Origin: an uncultured Nitrososphaeraceae archaeon
GTDB lineage: Archaea; Thermoproteota; Nitrososphaeria; Nitrososphaerales; Nitrososphaeraceae
Assembly: GCA_963825865.1 (NCBI GenBank)
Contig: CAWGVG010000028.1
Span: forward strand, 32,001 to 96,000
Direction: 5' to 3'
Length of the DNA stretch: 64,000 nt
A model generated the notes under the pieces. It was not told the DNA's origin. It saw nothing but the letters and a program-made list of their open reading frames with translations, and made no database searches. Shown here in pieces: positions 52,947 through 64,000 of this stretch; position 1 is the stretch's first letter; every line of letters starts with the position of its first letter. Both the position numbers and the translations under genes were made by a program.

Positions 52947-54080
52947 CTATATGACTTGACCTGTACATGTTACTGCCATAATACCGATAAGAAATACTGG
53001 CAACAGGATACTGTCTCTTAATGTAGCACCAAGCATAAGCACAGCTATAGCCGCCCCTATGCTATAGATCTCAGCTGTGTACTTTGCTCTCTTTGAATTA
53101 GCTGATGATAACATAGGATTAGTCATTACTGATGTCATTTGTATTATTCCTAGTGCAAGCAAGCAGAGGAAAGTAGAAGCACATAGAAGCCATTTCTCTG
53201 AAGACTGCAAAGCTAAAGCTTGATTACTTAGAACTATATGTTCTACACTAACTCCAAAAGCTGTAAAGCCAATTATCAACGGAAAATGTATGTACAACCA
53301 AGTAACGTATATTCCGATTTGTTTATTCTCGCGAAGAGCTCTGATTTCTGACCATCAACACTATCAAAGTATATCCATCACAAACTAAATGCTATGCCTA
53401 ACCCAAGTCCTGCAGATAGTATAGAAGGTATAGTCCTATTGTGAGCTGCAATTCCATTAACAACTCCCAATATGGAGATGCCTAAAACAATAATTGTAAA
53501 CGATCCAAAACGCTCAGGTAAATGCTGTACATGAGGTGCAAATTGTACCTGAAAGCTGTCTTGCAAACAACAAAGGAGTGCCTATATCAACCCCTAATCC
53601 AATTATCCAGAAAATGAATCTAATTGGTGGATGTACAAATGCAGATGCAAGCCATATTCCTGCTGCAATAGAAAATCCTATGGAATATCTGGTAGTAAGC
53701 TGATGCACTTCTGGAACATGTCTTCTCGTACGTAGATATTCTATTACAAGAATGGTACGTATTACCGCATAAGACAATGCAAACCAGATTGAGTTCTTAC
53801 CTAGTCCATCAGGTATGCTTACTGCCATAAAAGCAGGAGGAGCAATCTGTAATAGCATGGGAAGTCGATGTGCTAAATCGTCAGTCTCAAATCTCGTTGA
53901 ATAAAATGTAACACCAATCCATGACCATCACACTGGGATAAAAAGTGATACAAAACCAAGAAATCCATATACAGAGACATCTTGATTGAGATCTCTACTC
54001 AGCTGAAAGACGATGATAGCAACAATCAGGTCGTAAAAGTTTTCTAACCATGTAACATGACGCTCTTTGTAACTTTCCAA
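52947..54080 (-). pseudogene. Low temperature requirement protein A (LtrA) family, disrupted
   Basis: RHVTWLE.FYDL, YSTRFETDD, HLPERFG.FTIIVLG and WLYIHFPL; two in-frame TGA stops plus frameshifts. Confidence 0.82.
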
Positions 54081-54546
54081 CTGTTTATTCCTATTATTTT
54101 TCTATATATGACTATTGTTACAGGATGAATAAATGATGTACATACATATGAGAATATTAGGTCTGCTCCAATGTTGTTGTATGTTTCCTTTATGACCAGA
54201 CTCAAATAGAAAAGCGAAACTTATTGAAATTATATCTGCTGGCACAAGAGAAACGGGAACAAGTGTTAAAAGAAAAAGATTTTTTAAAAAGATGTATGGT
54301 ATAATCTAACCCAACTACGATCAAATAATAGATGCATAACTGAATTACATGTTTTGCAAGTATTTCTTTCTATATGTCTTCCTCGCATCGTGTATACATA
54401 ATTATATCTGTATTGATCCGTTCAATAAAAAATACCTCGTCTATTGATTAGACTGATATAGTGGCAGTAATTGTCAGAACAATTTAAATTCCATTAAAAT
54501 TGTCGCTACTCAAAAGTCAGAACGCTAAGGCTATCGATACAGCTGT

Positions 54547-54747
54547 TTAGGAGAATTCAGAACTTTGAGGCTTGGCATTCAACATTTTATTTACTCGTTC
54601 AATTCTGCTGTCCAAAAGACCGTTAATAAAATTGTGAAACTCTCTTTCAGCATTTTCTAAGGTAGAGTTTTCATTTTTACTCATATATTTTTGTACAAAT
54701 TTGACCTTTGTCCACAGATACGCTAATTCATCATCATCAAGGCTCAT
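54547..54747 (-). CDS. Hypothetical protein
   Basis: Clean 66-aa ORF with an AT-rich promoter-like region upstream. Confidence 0.45.
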   Translation of the reverse strand: MSLDDDELAYLWTKVKFVQKYMSKNENSTLENAEREFHNFINGLLDSRIERVNKMLNAKPQSSEFS

Positions 54748-54796
54748 TTCATAATTTAAAATGTATAACTTAATACTTAAGCTTATTGCGTGAGGG

Positions 54797-55896
54797 GGGG
54801 TTGTTGTCTAATTCGGTATCGCATACTGTGTCACATTTATTGCAAGTTTGTTTGCACATTGTAATCTGTTGAGCACTTCCAAGTTCCACCCTAAGGCCTT
54901 GATTAATCCAAATCTTTTCTGGTTGTTCTTTAATCTGAATCTGCAGTATAGCTGATGATGGTGTTCTGTTTCTTCTGCTCCAAATATTCCTTCTATCAAC
55001 CCTCTGTAATGATATAGTGATATGTTGAATATCTTCGAAGCCTTCTTCCTGTACTTCCTGTTCTTACCTTTGTTCCTGGCGTTTATTCTCTGCTTGATAT
55101 TTGGAAGCATTTCCATACCGAATATTGACTGAAAGTTTTTGTCACCATCGTACCCTCTGTCAGCGTTGAATATCGAGCCCACAAGATCTACTCCACATTT
55201 CTTCAACCTATTCAACATTGTTCGGAGTACTGGAGAATCGTGAGTTTTCTTGTTTGTAACCCGTGTATTGAGTATTATTAGATGGTCAATTATCGCTGTG
55301 ACATGCCATTTCAGATACTGTTTTACCATTATTTTTTCAAATTTCTTCTTGCTTTTCACAGGTCTCACTTCATATTCATACCTGTCTGTCTCTACACCTG
55401 TACTATCTGATGCAAGAATCCCTTTCTTCCACCCAGATTCATTTAGACACAGATATGCAGACCTAGTTAACGTTTCTTCAAGTACTGCAATGGTATTTTC
55501 TTAAATGTACGTGATATCCATGTGTGATCTGGATACGGTTCGTTATTCCATGGCAAATTAAGAGAAGGTGCTGTATTCTGTACATCTCTGTAAGTTGAAC
55601 CAAAAACAACCATCAATATACAGATACAGACAAGTTTTTCCCAAGAATGAACCGGTTTCCTTCCTCTATTACTCTTCTTCTTTGGACGAGCAGGAGGATT
55701 TTCTTTGACCAGAGAAACTATATTTTTGATAATCATGTCACGTTCCAGGGTATGTGCTAGATGGTAATACAACCAGTAACCATCTTTCCTCTTGTGCTTG
55801 GCGAGCCAATAAGGGGGGTGCATATCCATTCTAAGCTAAATTGAGAAGCGTGAAATCATATTTACAGTCGATTAAAACGAATTAGGCAACAACCCC
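54797..55896 (-). mobile_element. IS element, IS4/IS5-type DDE transposase, copy 2 (transposase 54808-55829, one frameshift)
   Basis: TIRs GGGGTTGTTGTCTAATTCG / CGAATTAGGCAACAACCCC; 9-bp TSD GCGTGAGGG (54788-54796, 55897-55905); ADRGYD and YHYRGLIEGIFG motifs. Confidence 0.93.
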
Positions 55897-56565
55897 GCGT
55901 GAGGGATCAAAGGGATCAAATATCTTCTGCCGGTAAGCTTCTTCCTTTAATGCTTTTAGAGAGATTGGTTGATCTGTTCTTTGCTATTTTCTACAACTCC
56001 TTTGATTATGCTACCAAGCAGCAAAAATTAATGCTTGCAGTGCAACAAGCAGAATCATCCAAATATTTTCAGTGTACTTTCTCCTAAAATTGTAAGTCTA
56101 TGTTACCTGATACCTCTGTATTCTACTTATACCAGTGGATTGTCTGGACCACCGCTAATGCTAATAGCTTAATGCCCCGGTGTCTAAAATTATAATGACT
56201 TCTAACCTAGACGAAAAAAGTAAAGATAGCAGTAGTTGGTATGAATATTACCTAACTTCAGAATAGCGCGAGGCAGAATCTGACGGGTACAGGATCCAAA
56301 CGACCCAACTAAGATCCTCGTAGTGGGGATATGCTTTTGGTGGGATATGATGTTCCAGTAATCAAAGAGCTGCAAAAGGCCTTTGCTATATTTGAAAAAG
56401 AATACTGTCATATCATCTTATCACTATATCATTAATTTTTGGAATACTGTGTTATTAGAAATAAATAAATCATATCGCTATTTCCTTAACGGAAGGCTAA
56501 AGCAAAATATAGATCCTTTGCCATCATTATTATTGCGTCCCAATTCTTTAAAATATCTAAAGTAA

Positions 56566-57568
56566 TGCTTTGTTGCATGATTAATTATCTTGTAAGTGAT
56601 ACTTATTTGACCACTCACCATTTAGCTTGCTAGTATTAATTATTCTGGTATGGTTGACTGGCCTTGCTATAATGAATCACTAGTTAGGCGTGGTCAAGTA
56701 CTCTTGGATTTTGATGTACTTGATGGATGGGATCATGAATTATGTCAAATGAACCTTGGTAAGGTTGGTGAGCCCTACTGCTACCCAAATTCATTTATTC
56801 AGCTTCTAGGTTACATGAGAGCATATTTCCATCTACCATATAGACAAACACAGGGTGTAGTCATAGCTCATGCAAGTAAAGAAGTATCAAACACACCACA
56901 TTATAGTACCATTAATAGACGTATAAACAGGCTAGAGATTAAAATCGATGAAAAATTAGGAAATGATATTGTCATTGCTTTAGACAGCACCGGCATTAAG
57001 GTAGCTAATCGAGGGGAATGGATGCACCACAAATGGCATGTCAGAAAAGGATATCTAAAGATACACATAGCAGTTGATATCGAGAAGAAAAGAATTGTAT
57101 CTCTGGAGGTAACAAGTGAAGAGGTACATGATGGTAAGATGCTAAAGAAGTTAGTAGACAATGCTTCTGAAAATAATAATCATGTGAAGGGTATATTAGC
57201 AGATGGTATGTACGACAGCAATAACAATTTTAGATACCTATCAAAGAACCACATTAAGCCTGGTATAAAGACAAGAAGTAATTCCAAGGTCAAGTCAACT
57301 AACTGTCATGCTAGGAATATGTCTGTAGTAAGACAACAGACAAACCTCAAAAAATGGAAGCGTAGCGTGAGCTATGGGTACAGGTGGATAGCAGAAACAG
57401 CATTCTCTTCCATTAAAAGAACATTTGGTGAACATGTAACAGCTAGAAAGTTTCCTCACATGGTAAAAGAGAATCCTCCTAAAGGCAGTTCTGTATAACA
57501 TGTTCAATCGAATGACCTAGCTAACGGTTTGCATAACCTAAAATCCTAATGAATTATGCAACAGAGCA
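56566..57568 (+). mobile_element. IS5-family element (IS903-like group); transposase 56650-57520
   Basis: TIRs TGCTTTGTTGCATGATT / AATTATGCAACAGAGCA; 8-bp TSD TAAAGTAA; W..YNESLVRRG, DSTGIK..GEW, KIHIAVD, ADGMYD and RWIAETAFS motifs. Confidence 0.93.
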
Positions 57569-57785
57569 TAAAGTAACATAATTTTCAATGCGTTATCGAC
57601 TAGACTATTAATGGAAATTCCTCTTTGCATCATGCTCTAAAACTTGGAGTATGTCTTCTTGCATTCTAAAATTCGAGTTGACTGAATTATTTTTAATAGA
57701 AGACAAAGTTGCTTCCATTTGAATCCTACAGTATAGATTATATATGATTTAACTGCAATAATAATTTGAGAAGTAATTCTCTATA

Positions 57786-58733
57786 ATGCAACTACCATCA
57801 ACCGTATGTTCTTTATGTAAAGGTGATCTGACAATAACAGATCAGGAGTCAGGAGAGATTATTTGTAACAAATGCGGTATGGTAATTTCAGACAAAACTC
57901 AAAGTTACCGACCAGAATGGCGTGATACCTTCGATACAGTCGAAATGAACGATAGACATCGCAGAACAGGAAATCCTACCTCTCTATCTCGTTATGATAT
58001 GGGATTATATACCATAATTGGAAAGACTGACAAAGATGGAGTAGGACATAAACTAAATGCATTCACATACCCTACAATAAAAAGGTTAAGAACATGGGAT
58101 CTTAGAACACAGAGTCATACTGCTATAAATCTTATGCAAGCTTTCAATGAACTTGATGTATTGAGCGATAAACTTGCATTACCAGATGCTGTAGTTGAGA
58201 AAACTGCTTATATCTATAGAAAAGTCCAGAAAAGAGGATTAGTGAGAGGAAGAACAATAACTGCATTAATGGCTGCTTCTGCATATATTGCATGTAGAGA
58301 AATAGGAATTCCCAGAACATTAAGAGATATTGCCTCAGCTAGTGACATCAAACGCAAACATTTAGCAAAAGCATATAGATTACTGCTTTTCGAACTTAAC
58401 CTGAAAGTTCCATTAGTCGATCAAATAAAGTGTATTGCCAAAATTGCAAATATAGCTAATCTAAGCGAAAAAACGAAACGTCAAGCAATAAGTATCATGA
58501 ATGAAGTCAGAAAAGATGAAATATTATTATCTGCTGGAAAAAATCCAATGGGACTAGCAGCTACTATTCTTTACTTGTCGTGTCTTAAGACTGGCGAGAA
58601 TAAGACCCAAATTGACATTTCTCATGCGGCAGGAGTAACAGAAGTGACTCTTAGGAACAGATTCAAGGATTTAAAAAGCAAGCTAGAATTATCAATTAGA
58701 AGATCTGATACAACAGAAAGTTTTTTGCCGTAA
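57786..58733 (+). CDS. tfb: Transcription initiation factor IIB paralogue
   Basis: CSLC/CNKC, RPEWR, RLRTW, AYIYRK, GKNPMGLAA and VTEVTLRNR motifs. Confidence 0.93.
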   Translation: MQLPSTVCSLCKGDLTITDQESGEIICNKCGMVISDKTQSYRPEWRDTFDTVEMNDRHRRTGNPTSLSRYDMGLYTIIGKTDKDGVGHKLNAFTYPTIKRLRTWDLRTQSHTAINLMQAFNELDVLSDKLALPDAVVEKTAYIYRKVQKRGLVRGRTITALMAASAYIACREIGIPRTLRDIASASDIKRKHLAKAYRLLLFELNLKVPLVDQIKCIAKIANIANLSEKTKRQAISIMNEVRKDEILLSAGKNPMGLAATILYLSCLKTGENKTQIDISHAAGVTEVTLRNRFKDLKSKLELSIRRSDTTESFLP

Positions 58734-59831
58734 CAACTATAAAATGATACAATTAATTTCGATTAAAAGATACAATTACTACCGTGTTTTATCGCCGCCA
58801 TTCTAACTGCTAATCTATGCATTCAGACTAGGATCATTTTCTTTTTCTGTACGGGATGATGAATTCGTATTTCTAGCCGTAGAATCAGATATAATTCAAG
58901 TACCTATTTTTTGCGACAATATCAATTTATCTTCTTAAATGAGCAATCATCAATTTACCTAGATGCCTTTCTAGTTTTAGATCTTTTTCCTTTGAACTTA
59001 TTTATTATGTCCAAACATCTTATCAATCTATCAGTAGGAATTTCAATTTTGTATTCTGGAAGGCCAATGATATCTTTTACACCTTCAGTTTCTTGCTTTT
59101 CCTCCTCCTTTACTAACGTGCTGTTATATCTTTGAGGTACAACATAATACGGCTTTATCATGGCAATGTCTTTGAACATCATGCATGCCATCATAGAAGC
59201 AATGGCTTGAATCTTACTACCAACTGATACATTTACTAAAATAGAGTTTCCTTTCTCTATTGTATGGATATAAATATATGTAACTCATTTTTGTTACCAA
59301 CAGATGCTATAAAAATATTTTTACCTGATATCGTCCTGTTACCGTTTTGTACATGGTTTGGTTCCTTATAAGAAATCAAATGACAAAGAAATTAACAAAA
59401 ACCACGTTTAAAAATAAATGTAATATGTTGATAACAAATGCTAATGAGACATTCTAAAGCCGAAAGGATGAGGCCAGCATACTTATTAAAAAATATTATT
59501 ATAAACCTTAATTCTGCTTGTTCTGATTAATTTCTCTTTGCTTGTTCATTCTATTTCTTTGTTTTAGAACTTCTCTCTCAGAAGTAGTGCAACCTAAAAA
59601 TTAATATCTGATTGAATAAAGGAAAGTCAAATTCTCTTATAGTCAAAACTCCCCCTCCTCCCATAATGACTGTTAGCTATGAACCCTATACAAGCTATTT
59701 CATTAAACCAGAGACTCTAAACCTAGACAATCTTGGTTGCTTGCTTTGAAAGGAGATATACTAAACACACCTATTGTTTGACTATATGGCAAAATCTGTT
59801 TCACGCATTGTTTTTAAAAACTCAACATACA

Positions 59832-60332
59832 ATGCGATTGATGAATGGCCATATAAGAAACTTGAAACTTTTGATGTTGTTATCTTTATCTGTAACAATT
59901 GTAGGCATAGTTAACATATCACCATTTTCATTGGCATCATTATCATCTCCTTTTTTTTCTTCTCATTATGCATATGCAAAAGAACAAATTGGTAATCCAT
60001 TAGTCTATCACCTGAGCAGTGACGAGCCTTGGCGAGCAACTGTAGCTATTTCTGATGCAACTACAATGCTAAAGTTAGGACACAATGTGACTCTACTACT
60101 TAGTATAGAAGGAGTACAAATAGGAGTTAAACATCCTCATCATTACTTGGGACTTGACCTGTTAACTAGGAATGTTACGAACTTTATAGCTCATGGCGGA
60201 AAAGTCATCGTATGTGAAGTATGTCTGAGGATAGCCGGATATAACAACAGCGACATTATAGATAAAGCCATTATAGGCAAACCGGAGATACTATCTAATC
60301 TACTTAGTAAGGCAACAGTAATAGACTACTAG
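59832..60332 (+). CDS. DsrE-family protein with an N-terminal signal/TM segment
   Basis: VTLLLSIEGV, FIAHGGKVIVCEVCL; hydrophobic leader ending in AYA. Confidence 0.75.
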   Translation: MRLMNGHIRNLKLLMLLSLSVTIVGIVNISPFSLASLSSPFFSSHYAYAKEQIGNPLVYHLSSDEPWRATVAISDATTMLKLGHNVTLLLSIEGVQIGVKHPHHYLGLDLLTRNVTNFIAHGGKVIVCEVCLRIAGYNNSDIIDKAIIGKPEILSNLLSKATVIDY

Positions 60333-60768
60333 TTTCGACATTCCAAATTGTTTTTTCTAATTTTGGCAGTCTATAAATGTCGAGAATATTTTATTACTTC
60401 AGTCCTATATGAGTGAGTTTATTTCCATATATCAAGACACGTTTGTAGCCTAGCATTAAATCATACCAGAAACACAACACTATGATAAAGAAACTGAAAA
60501 GCTGCCACTTCATAGACTACAGTAAGAGGCATTGCTTGTTTCAAAGATCGAAGCTTCCAAAGATGGAATTCCGTATGTTTATGTCGTATTTACGGATCCT
60601 AATGAGCCAAAATCGTCAGGAGGATGACATGCAGAAACAAAAACTTGTTATGGTTGTCAAAGTCCTTTTGGTATTGGTGTAGGTGCAGTTCCTTACCTTG
60701 TTGAAAATGGAGACTATAGGAGATTCTTATGTAAATATATAAAAATTAGTAATGAATCTGGAGCGTCT

Positions 60769-61404
60769 TTGGACTCCCATTATAGCGTCATAGATAAATT
60801 GCTTTCAAACGCGGGTTTATTACATGATTTAATGATGAGAAAGACAGTAGTCCTTACTAATTCAGAATTTAGTAAAAGAGCAATAAAACAATTATATAAG
60901 AATGAGGTCCGTCCTTTAGTCCTCAGCCCTCCTGTAGATGTAGAAGCATTTCGGAATATGGCACTTTGCACAAAAGGACAAAGAGAAGATACAATACTTG
61001 TAGTTTCAAGGTTCAGTCCTGATAAGAAAGTTGAAAATGCAATAAGAATAGATAAAGTCTTGTCCGACAGAAAGAATACAAACTATAAAATGATAATTAT
61101 AGGAAACATTTGCAATGCTCAAAATGACGACTATCTCCTTTTCCTAAAGAATATGATACATCATTATGACCTACACGAATATGTAAAATTGGAAATAGGT
61201 CCTAGTTTTGATAAACTAGTCCATCTTATGAGTAAATCAAAGATATATCTTCATCCTTTAGCCGGTGAGCCATTTGGAATATCTGTTGCTGAAGCCATGG
61301 CAGCGGGCTTGATTCCTGTGGTACCTTGTGTTGGTGGAAATTCTGAATTTGTTCCGCAAAGGTATCATTATCGTACTCTTGAAGAAGCTGCCAACGCTAA
61401 TTGA
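60769..61404 (+). pseudogene. GT4 glycosyltransferase, C-terminal part only
   Basis: TNSEFS, PPVD, SRFSPDKK and EPFGISVAEAMAAG; N-terminal domain absent. Confidence 0.75.
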
Positions 61405-61485
61405 AGATGCGTTGATGCTACCTCCTATAGACAACCAATTCAGAACAAGGCTAAGCAATTTGACATTAAGGTTCTCCATAGAGAA

Positions 61486-61838
61486 TCATAAATACTTCCA
61501 ACTTATTACTTTTTGTGGAATTATCATTATAACAAAGTCTCCAATACCGATTTTTTGGTACTGAAGATATTTATCAGACAGTAGTTTGTGAGCTTTTTCT
61601 AATAATAACAGTTCATTTTGTTCTAATTCTTTACCTCCTATTATCGAAGCCTTTCCTTGAATCATAATGAAATAAAGTTTTGTCCAATCTTCATTGTATT
61701 CATCTATTAATAAGGCAACGTTTGAATTTTGCTGTATGTTCTTTTCTCTTTTTAGCTTTTCAGGCCTAGATTGCTTAGTCTTTCCATCTATTGGTATGTA
61801 GTAACAATCATTACCAAATACAAATACAACTGGTATCT
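61486..61838 (-). pseudogene. PPOX-class F420-dependent oxidoreductase (Rv0121-like), N-truncated; not in ORF track
   Basis: IPVVFV..YIPIDGKTK..LKR.KNIQQN..VALLIDEY.EDW.KL..IQGKA..KY.QY; in-frame stop directly upstream. Confidence 0.75.
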
Positions 61839-62065
61839 TTAATCACAAGTGCATCATCATCATTTATACTTCAAGCTATATGATATTACAGCATCAAAAA
61901 CGTATGCTATAGTGAATCATTAGTGACATAACCATCCATCATAACAAAGACAATAAAACTTTAACTAAGGTCTACAAGAATTAGAAATGTCAGATTAATT
62001 TAATCTATGATTTCTATTGGAAATGGCATTTTTTTAATATTGTATTAGATAGATAAACTGTGTAT

Positions 62066-62229
62066 ATGATTCTACAAGAACAACAAAAGAAGCTGCCGCC
62101 GTATATGTTTGTAAGTAAAATAGCGAAAATATCAAATGACAAATACTATATCAACATACCAAAGGCAATGTGGCCTGACGTACAACAGTACCGCAGCAGT
62201 TGAAAATGATTATTGAAGGGATTGACTAA
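62066..62229 (+). pseudogene. Small AbrB/SpoVT-like protein (frameshifted)
   Basis: FVSKIAKISNDKYYINIPKAMW..., then QLKMIIE in a shifted frame. Confidence 0.45.
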
Positions 62230-62925
62230 TAAGCACTAACAGATATACCCGAATATGCAATAGCTCTACGTGAATTGGGTCCTCCACTTTCTAATAAGAT
62301 ATGCTCTATATGGCGCATCCTTTTTTTTAGATAACCAATTAAATTCTGCAGGTGATGGTAGTATTAAGTATTAAATATTTAAACTTAAGTTAGATTTAGA
62401 AATGACATAGAAATGGGAATATATACGAACCACACAAGTTATTTGACACAAAATTTGATCACAAACTAAATGAATTTTTATTGTCATAGCTAGATTAGAG
62501 ATATTTACTACTTTCTTGAGTATTTCCTGATTGACTTTACAGGACTAAAAGACTATGCTAAGAAGTAGGAGGATAAGTAGTTAAATCCGCTAATAATAGT
62601 ATGCGCTATCCAATCATAGACATCCTTTTCAGTTTGAACATTACATATTTCAAAATGGCTAAAATTTTCCAATGTGATAGACGCGAAAAAATAAATGAAA
62701 CTAAACCATTTGGATACGTTAGCAATCTATCAAAAGGTACGAATCTTTGTGAGAAATGCCAGCAGAGATGGTGAAAAACAAGACTGTTCCAGCTTCGCTC
62801 TGTTTGTCTCTATTGGCGTATAGACATATACATGAGTGAAAAATTCTTCACAAAAACAATTCACATGAGATCAATGATGTGCTCTGATCCAATATGCTTT
62901 TAAGGAATATCTTTGTAGCTGGTAT

Positions 62926-63420
62926 TTGAACATGGGACAAAAGGGTAAAGAAATAGTAGAAGTTGACATAAAGAATGTCATCGACGATCTTAACTCTGCT
63001 TATGCTGACGAATGGTTATCACACTTTCAATACTTTCTGTATGCCCAAATTATCGAAGGTATAGACGCAGAGACCCTTAAAAAAGAACTTGAACAACAGT
63101 CAATGGATGAAATGAACCATGCAAAGATTCTTGCTAATAGGATACTTCAACTTGGAGGAACACCCAGCACTAAACTTACAGAGACTTCCACATGTGGATT
63201 TTCACCTCCACCAGAAGATAGAACAGATCTTATACGCGTAATAGAATTGGTATTAGAAGCCGAAAGGTGTGCAATTGAGAAATACAATAGATTGGCAAAA
63301 AAATATCATATGAAGGATTTGGTCACTCATGAAATATTTGAAGACTTACTTACAGATGAAGTGAGTGATGAAGAAGACTGGGAAAACTTTTTACCTGGAT
63401 TAAAACAGAGACAAAAATAA
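62926..63420 (+). CDS. Dps-like / ferritin-like protein
   Basis: AYADEW, DEMNHA..LANRI.QLGG, EAERCAI..Y, D.VT and DEV motifs. Confidence 0.85.
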   Translation: MNMGQKGKEIVEVDIKNVIDDLNSAYADEWLSHFQYFLYAQIIEGIDAETLKKELEQQSMDEMNHAKILANRILQLGGTPSTKLTETSTCGFSPPPEDRTDLIRVIELVLEAERCAIEKYNRLAKKYHMKDLVTHEIFEDLLTDEVSDEEDWENFLPGLKQRQK

Positions 63421-63651
63421 TAATCTGATGAAGTAATAAACTTATGCTGTCTTAGCAGTTGAGGAATAAAAAACAAACGAAAGAGAGCTGACAAACAATG
63501 TCTGGAGGATTTTACATCAAACTGAGCAATCACCTATATTGTTTTGTTGTTCTTGTTAGTTCAACCAACTACCTATACCTCTGTTTAAGTTGACACCAGT
63601 CAACTCATCCTAACAATGTAATGTAATTACATTATTTTTATATTACATGTA

Positions 63652-63765
63652 AACATAACTGCTGTCATCCGACACGAGGAATGAGGCGACTTTCGCGATT
63701 TCGTCGGAGCTGTCCATACGCCCCAATGGCACGCTGGCCACGAGGTTCGTCTTTATCTGCTCGAT
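63652..63765 (-). pseudogene. C-terminal fragment of an SDR oxidoreductase
   Basis: IEQIKTNLVASVPLGRMDSSDEIAKVASFLVSDDSSYV; GC-richer than its flanks. Confidence 0.7.
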
Positions 63766-63844
63766 GATTTCAACAATCGGTAGCAGTTATAGCAGATCCG
63801 TATAAATATTTGGATAACTATTTTTAGTTAGGTGATTAGAAGTT

Positions 63845-64000
63845 ATGAGCTTTTGGAATTTGGATCCAGATGAGTGGTTTAGGAGGTTCTTCGGTGGCAG
63901 TGGAAGAACAGGAATAACGCCATTGGGAAAGGGAGGATGGTTTGGAGATATCCCGAGGCAATTTGATGAAATGAGAATGGAGATGGAGAGAATGTTTGAA
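63845..64000 (+). CDS. Archaeal small heat-shock protein Hsp20, N-terminus (runs off the window)
   Basis: DPDEWFRRFFG...FDEMRMEMERMFE; TATAAA and AGGTGA upstream. The alpha-crystallin domain is not visible. Confidence 0.7.
   Translation, partial: MSFWNLDPDEWFRRFFGGSGRTGITPLGKGGWFGDIPRQFDEMRMEMERMFE

Noticed and set aside
62655-62774. 39-aa ORF with CDRR...CEKC
   Set aside because: The first CxxC is incomplete; too weak to call.

Overview
AT-rich archaeal chromosomal window, best read as an ammonia-oxidising archaeon of the Nitrososphaerales type. This is inferred from two TFB paralogues, GINS, a single-OB SSB, the LysW pathway, an intron-containing tRNA-Leu and typical small hypothetical proteins. 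The core part (about 1-23.9 kb and 28.9-45.6 kb) carries cobalamin genes (cbiT/L/F), AcnX large and small subunits plus UbiD (archaeal mevalonate route), folE-queE-queC, glnA, tRNA-Val, tRNA-Leu, a TFB/PPP-phosphatase/2x wHTH/GvpD-like module, dph5 and a two-carrier LysW Lys/Arg cluster. Accessory stretches (about 24-28.8 kb and 46-64 kb) hold three IS elements with visible terminal inverted repeats (TIRs) and target-site duplications (TSDs), one nested in an older IS6-like transposase. They also hold many gene remnants (Ku, LtrA, PPOX, SDR) and stress genes (Dps-like, Hsp20, DsrE). Many conserved genes carry single-base frameshifts, which most likely reflects uncorrected sequencing indels, so pseudogene calls need caution. 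The most notable unannotated item is a GC-rich 77-nt hairpin at 6211-6287 with a box C'/D'-type kink-turn and an apparent antisense element to 23S rRNA. No CRISPR array or rRNA gene was seen. All product calls come from motif recognition, not database searches.
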